The notes under the pieces are model-generated. The model saw nothing but the letters and a program-made list of their open reading frames with translations, did not search any database and was not told the origin of the DNA. Of a DNA stretch of 64,000 nt, positions 57,525 through 64,000 are shown piece after piece. This DNA comes from an uncultured Verrucomicrobiae bacterium (GTDB lineage: Bacteria > Verrucomicrobiota > Verrucomicrobiia > Palsa-1439): NCBI GenBank assembly GCA_963812605.1, contig CAWEWF010000010.1:160001-224000 (forward strand), written 5' to 3'. A program made the translations under genes and the position numbers. Numbering within the stretch: the first letter of the stretch is position 1; every line of letters starts with the position of its first letter.

Positions 57525-57871
57525 TGACGCGATTTTATTCGAACGAGAATTTTCCCCAAGGAACAGTTGAGGCGCTCAGGCAACTGGGACACGATGTTTT
57601 GACATCGCATGACGCGGGCAAGTCCCGACAGGCTATCCCCGACGAAGACGTCCTCGGATTTGCCACGACTGAAAATCGAGTGCTTTTGACACTTAACAGA
57701 AAAGACTTTATCCATCTTCACAAGAACGTCCAGGGCTCCCATCCTGGAATAATTGTTTGCACTCAAGATGCGGATTACCTTGGTCAAGCCCAACGAATCG
57801 ATGCCGCGACTGCCGAACATGCAATTCTCGACGGGAAATTGATACGAGTGAATCGACCGAACCGAGCCTAG
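57524..57871 (+). CDS. DUF5615 PIN-like toxin
   Basis: FYSNENFP, LRQLGHDV, DEDVL.FA...RVLLTLNRKDF, HPGII. Confidence 0.85.
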   Translation: MTRFYSNENFPQGTVEALRQLGHDVLTSHDAGKSRQAIPDEDVLGFATTENRVLLTLNRKDFIHLHKNVQGSHPGIIVCTQDADYLGQAQRIDAATAEHAILDGKLIRVNRPNRA

Positions 57872-58042
57872 CGGCGATTATCAGTCGTCTTCTGTACTTG
57901 TAAGGTAGAATTGTCCGCATCGTCAGCCGGGAGGCGGTTCGCAGTTCTGGATTTTGGCGGCGAACGGCGGCACGCGGGCCGCGTGCCCTACAATTCGGCG
58001 CAGGCGCGGTGCCCGTTCCTTGGCCCCTTGGCTACTTGGCTA

Positions 58043-58096
58043 CTGTTTCCCCGCCCGCGCCGTCCTCCCCCATCCCTCCCGCCAAAACCGAGAACC
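58043..58096 (+). repeat. Island spacer block, near-identical to 60889-60943
   Basis: ctgtttccccgcccgcgccgtcctccccc(c)atccct(c/t)ccgccaaaaccgagaacc. Confidence 0.85.
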
Positions 58097-58300
58097 GTCA
58101 ACCGCAAACTGCGACCCAGCGGAACTCGCCCCCCGCGTTAATAAAAACAGGAAGAAGGGTCAGTCCCGCATAATCGCATATTTCCAAACAAACCTTGCCG
58201 CCCCGACTCGTCCGCAATAGCATGAACTGCACTGGCTGCGCTACCCGCCGCGATGTAGTCGTCGCGGCAACCGAGCCATCCCACTGCGACGCCCGATTCC

Positions 58301-58609
58301 TTACCCGCGCTCTTCGCTCGAGTAGATGACCACCCCTTCACGGGCGATCTTCTCCTTGAGCCGCGGATTGGTTGCCTGCTCGGGACGCACCACGTCGAGT
58401 TCGTAAATAAGCGGAGCATTTTCCACCGCTTGGCAGATGTCCGCCCATTCCGCCGTCGTCGCGTTCGGCGCGGAGATGGCCAGGTCCAGATCGGAAGCCC
58501 GGCGCGCCGTGTCCGTCGCGCGCGAGCCGAACACCTTCACCTCGCGCACCGCCGGAAAACGGCGGAAAGTTGTCCGCAACGCCTCAAGCTCCTTGGCGCG
58601 CAGCTTCAT
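58301..58609 (-). CDS. Minimal nucleotidyltransferase (MNT) antitoxin
   Basis: FGSRA........SDLDLA (GSx10DxD). Confidence 0.9.
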   Translation of the reverse strand: MKLRAKELEALRTTFRRFPAVREVKVFGSRATDTARRASDLDLAISAPNATTAEWADICQAVENAPLIYELDVVRPEQATNPRLKEKIAREGVVIYSSEERG

Positions 58610-58613
58610 TCGC

Positions 58614-59018
58614 CTACTCCCACGCCAGCCCCTGAATCCGTTCCGCCATGCGCCGCAACAACGGCGCATAATCCTGCGCGATATGCTGATAGATCCGCTG
58701 CGCCAGTGCTTCGTCATACGCATGACTGGTCAGGTTCCGATCGTCCAGCATTTGCAGCCACACGTCCGCCTCTTCGGGCGACTGGATCAGGCCCTCGGAA
58801 AAGGATTTCTTCAACGTCGCCCGCGGGCTCCCACACTCCAGACCCCGATGTTCAAGGTAAAGCTGCAGAGCCTTCCATGTGAGTTCAAAAGTGAACTCAA
58901 ACCGTTGAATCACCGCGTCCCGAACGATGGAACTTTCCGCTTGCGTCACCGCCTCTTGCAACCGCGCCACCGCGTTCTGCACCTCAGCCCGACGCTCCGC
59001 GAATCGCTGTTGGCTCAT
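58614..59018 (-). CDS. HEPN toxin (HI0074 / nucleotidyltransferase substrate-binding family)
   Basis: DAVIQRFEFTFELTWK, SPR, RNLTSH.Y (Rx4H). Confidence 0.9.
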   Translation of the reverse strand: MSQQRFAERRAEVQNAVARLQEAVTQAESSIVRDAVIQRFEFTFELTWKALQLYLEHRGLECGSPRATLKKSFSEGLIQSPEEADVWLQMLDDRNLTSHAYDEALAQRIYQHIAQDYAPLLRRMAERIQGLAWE

Positions 59019-59389
59019 GGGTTCACAACCCCTAATTTTCTCTCCAGCATCCCCCGAACAGTACCCCGTCACACCCCTACCAGCAAGCTATTGTAGGCCG
59101 TATGCCCCCCACATGTCGCCAGCTTGTCCGCCAGAGCACGATGTGCAACGGCGGACTTGTCTCGCTACAGCACAACGCGCGACGGCGGAAGCCGTCCGAT
59201 AAATGCACCTCTTCTGCCGTCCTACCGCCATCCCGCAGCCAATCCGCCAATCCAAAATCCTAAATCCAAAATCGGCAATTCGCCTACTGGTTACTGCCTC
59301 CCGCCAACCCGCGAACCATCCAGCCCATCAGGCGCATCAAAGACGAGTGATGGAACAAAGCTGTGCTTACTGTCTAAAGGAGATTCAAC

Positions 59390-59980
59390 ATGTTAAAACT
59401 GAGCGACGACGGCCTGGACCTGATCTTTCGTGATGCACGGACCCACAGCAACTGGCTTGACCAGCCTGTTGACGACGCGCTGCTTGCCCAGGTCTACGAC
59501 CTCGCCAAGATGGGGCCCACTTCCGCCAACATGTGCCCGATGCGGCTGATATTCGTCAAATCGAAGGCGGCGAAGGAGAAGCTAAAACCCGCCCTGTCAC
59601 CACCCAACGTGGACAAAACCATGGCCGCGCCCATCACGGCCATCATCGGCATGGACATCCACTTCTATGAGAAACTGCCCATGCTGTTTCCGCATGTGGA
59701 CGCCAAGGCCTGGTTCAAGGATTTGCCCGAGAACGTGCTGGAATACATCGCCCTGCGCAATGGCTCCCTGCAAGGCGCCTACTTCATGCTGGCGGCCCGT
59801 TCGCTCGGCTTGGATTGCGGGCCCATGTCCGGCTTCGATAACGCGAAGGTCGACGCCGCGTTCTTCGCAGGAACGACCGTCAAATCAAACTTCCTCTGCA
59901 ACCTCGGTCACGGCGACCCAACCAAGCTCCATCCCCGCGGCCCCCGTCTCAGCTTTGCAGAAGCCTGCCAGATCGCCTGA
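59390..59980 (+). CDS. rutE: Nitroreductase family malonic semialdehyde reductase (RutE-like)
   Basis: [48 protein letters not shown]. Confidence 0.88.
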   Translation: MLKLSDDGLDLIFRDARTHSNWLDQPVDDALLAQVYDLAKMGPTSANMCPMRLIFVKSKAAKEKLKPALSPPNVDKTMAAPITAIIGMDIHFYEKLPMLFPHVDAKAWFKDLPENVLEYIALRNGSLQGAYFMLAARSLGLDCGPMSGFDNAKVDAAFFAGTTVKSNFLCNLGHGDPTKLHPRGPRLSFAEACQIA

Positions 59981-59991
59981 TTCGAAAATCT

Positions 59992-60080
59992 GTCACCGTC
60001 AACAGCTTCCGTTCAACATCCGTCTCAATCACAATCATATTCTAATAAGCCTTTGGTGGCACAGGCGTCCCTGCCTGTGA
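59992..60080. repeat. ~89-bp direct repeat (other copy 60581-60670) containing a truncated duplicate gene start
   Basis: gtcaccgtcaaca..ttccg.tcaacatccgtctcaatcacaatcatattctaa.aagcc..ttggtggc.caggcgtccctgcctgtga. Confidence 0.9.
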
Positions 60081-60261
60081 GCGTCGTCCCCGCCGCGCCG
60101 GCCGCGCCGCCTCGTTGGTAGGAGCGGCTCGGAGCTTGCCCTGAGTCGGACCGAAGGGACTTTCGCCGTCCGCCCTTTGTCATCCCGAACCTGTCGAGGG
60201 ATCTCTGTCGTCTTCTGGTCGCCCGACGCCGCCTCTCCCGTCCACTTTCCGCTCTCCGCTT

Positions 60262-60627
60262 TCAATTCCCCAACACCCTCATCGCTTCCTCCATCGTCTC
60301 AACCGTCACGATAGCGACATCAGGCCGGTAATGAAACATAGACATCACTCCAAACCCAATATCCTTCTTCGGATCAGGAACGATTCTCACCACCGTCGAC
60401 ACGCCCCGGCAATCAATCAAATCCATCGCCTGATCAATCAACGGCGCACACGCCACATCCATCGACTCCAACCCGCCGAGATCGGTCAACAATCGGAACC
60501 CAGGCTCCAACCGCGCCAACCCGTCCTCAATTTGCTTCAAGGCCGGCCCAAACTCCCCCGGCATCACCTGCCCGCAATACGTCACCGTCAACAAATTCCG
60601 CTCAACATCCGTCTCAATCACAATCAT
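60262..60627 (-). CDS. STAS/SEC14 (SpoIIAA-like) domain protein
   Basis: LLTVTY.G.V, GFRLLTDL..L, V.TMEEA pattern. Confidence 0.55.
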   Translation of the reverse strand: MIVIETDVERNLLTVTYCGQVMPGEFGPALKQIEDGLARLEPGFRLLTDLGGLESMDVACAPLIDQAMDLIDCRGVSTVVRIVPDPKKDIGFGVMSMFHYRPDVAIVTVETMEEAMRVLGN

Positions 60628-60812
60628 ATTCTAAAAAGCCTTTTGGTGGCGCAGGCGTCCCTGCCTGTGACCATGGATCTTCACTGCCCTGCATGCTTTT
60701 GGTATGGCGGGCTGGCCGGCCCGCCTTCATCACGCCGCAAATTATACCCCAAGCATCACAATTTGTAATAAACGAAATTGTAAGGCAAGCGCCCCGCTCG
60801 CCGCTCTCTTCT

Positions 60813-60965
60813 CAAATCTCCAATCCTCAAATCCAAAATCTAAAATCGCCCCTTCCTCTCCGCCCCTCGGCTACTCGGTTACTGGCTGCTGTTTCCCCGC
60901 CCGCGCCGTCCTCCCCCCATCCCTTCCGCCAAAACCGAGAACCTAGAACCATGAACCCCGAACCC
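60813..60965. repeat. Island right spacer: AAATC heptamers, ctactcggttactg, CCGCCAAAACC motif, GAACC heptamers
   Basis: caaatctccaatcctcaaatccaaaatctaaaatc; aaaaccgagaacctagaaccatgaaccccgaacc. Confidence 0.8.
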
Positions 60966-61016
60966 ATCCCCGCTTCCCACTTTCCGCTTCCCTCTTTCTC
61001 CTGTCATCCTCCCACC

Positions 61017-63316
<2,300 letters not shown>

Positions 63317-63320
<4 letters not shown>

Positions 63321-64000
63321 ATCCGCGACCGATTATCGTGGTGTTCGTCGTGGCGTTGCTCGTGCGACTGGGTGTCGTGTTGCTGCTGTTGCCACAATTG
63401 CTGCCGGACCAAAACCCGGATTTCTACCGTGAACTTGGGCGAAACGTGGCCGCAGGAAAGGGCTTTGTCGCTACCGCACCGGATGGACGCGAGCTGCCGA
63501 ACATCAACCGGCCGCCGGGCTATCCGTTGTTCCTGGCGGGATTGATGAAGATCGCCGGCGACCGCCTCGGTGTGCTGCTGGTCGCCAACTGCGTGCTGGC
63601 CGCCGTCAGCTGCGCATTAACAGTGGTCCTGGCCTCGCACTGGTTGAAATCGGGGGCCGCGATGGTCGCCGGGCTGTTGACAGCCGTGGAACCAAACTCC
63701 GTGCTGCGCTGCTGCCTGGTCATGACGGAAACATTGTTCGTGTCGTTCTTGTTGGCGGGACTCTGCGTGCTGGTTTGGCGGCGCGAGAAGAATTACGCTT
63801 GGGGACTTTGCGGCCTCCTGTGGGGATTGGCGACATTGTGCCGCGCTGTCGCGATGTGGTTGCCGTTGGTCGCGTTGGCCGCGGCGCTCCTGTGGCGAAT
63901 GCGCCCGCGACACGTCATCTTTTTCCTGGTCGGCTTCCTGCCGTTGGTCGGATTATGGATCGGGCGGAACGAGCTCTTGACCGGCCACTTTTTTTTCAGT
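63317..64000 (+). CDS. ArnT/GT39-like membrane glycosyltransferase (partial, runs off the window)
   Basis: ATG overlaps the priA stop; RPPGYPLFLA, MTETLF, GLATLCR; many TM segments. Confidence 0.75.

Noticed and set aside
59992-60670. DGR template/variable repeat pair
   Set aside because: No reverse transcriptase in the window, the repeat covers a gene start and intergenic DNA rather than a C-terminal variable region, and the few mismatches are not confined to adenines.

Overview
64 kb chromosomal window from a GC-rich bacterium, most likely phylum Verrucomicrobiota. This is inferred from the 16S 5' signature, the long PVC-type GreA and a Verrucomicrobia-type C-terminal '...RFYR' protease domain. 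Most of the window is housekeeping: greA-like, wza-like, sulP, an ECF sigma cluster, rlmN, glycosyltransferases, gyrB-HEPN-gyrA, an Rrf2 regulator plus SAM-I riboswitch sulfur operon (thrC-like, sulfur carrier, NIL, cysH, cysD, cysNC), ubiE, galK-like, tRNA-Ser, csp, a full rRNA operon (16S-Ala-Ile-23S-5S), aroD/aroK/queG, msbA, purE and priA. Many genes, including essential gyrB and msbA, carry single-base frameshifts. These are most simply long-read consensus errors, so indel-dependent conclusions need read-level checks. The strongest leads are: (1) a ~12 kb defence-rich island between a lytic transglycosylase gene and priA, whose modules are separated by a recurring oriented CCGCCAAAACCG-GAACC motif and 7-bp periodic repeats, with extreme local C/G strand skew and no integrase in view; (2) a type III restriction subunit fused in frame to a DUF433 antitoxin, followed by a PIN toxin; (3) a ~190-bp bipartite repeat flanking AT-rich gene fragments at 26.8-28.0 kb; (4) a GIY-YIG gene behind repeats that start with the tRNA-Ser 3' end; (5) an uncalled 17-aa Lys-rich ORF with a strong SD; (6) an in-frame REP-like insertion in priA; (7) a SAM-regulated thrC-like/sulfur-carrier/NIL homocysteine module. 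All protein calls come from motif recognition by eye; no searches were run.
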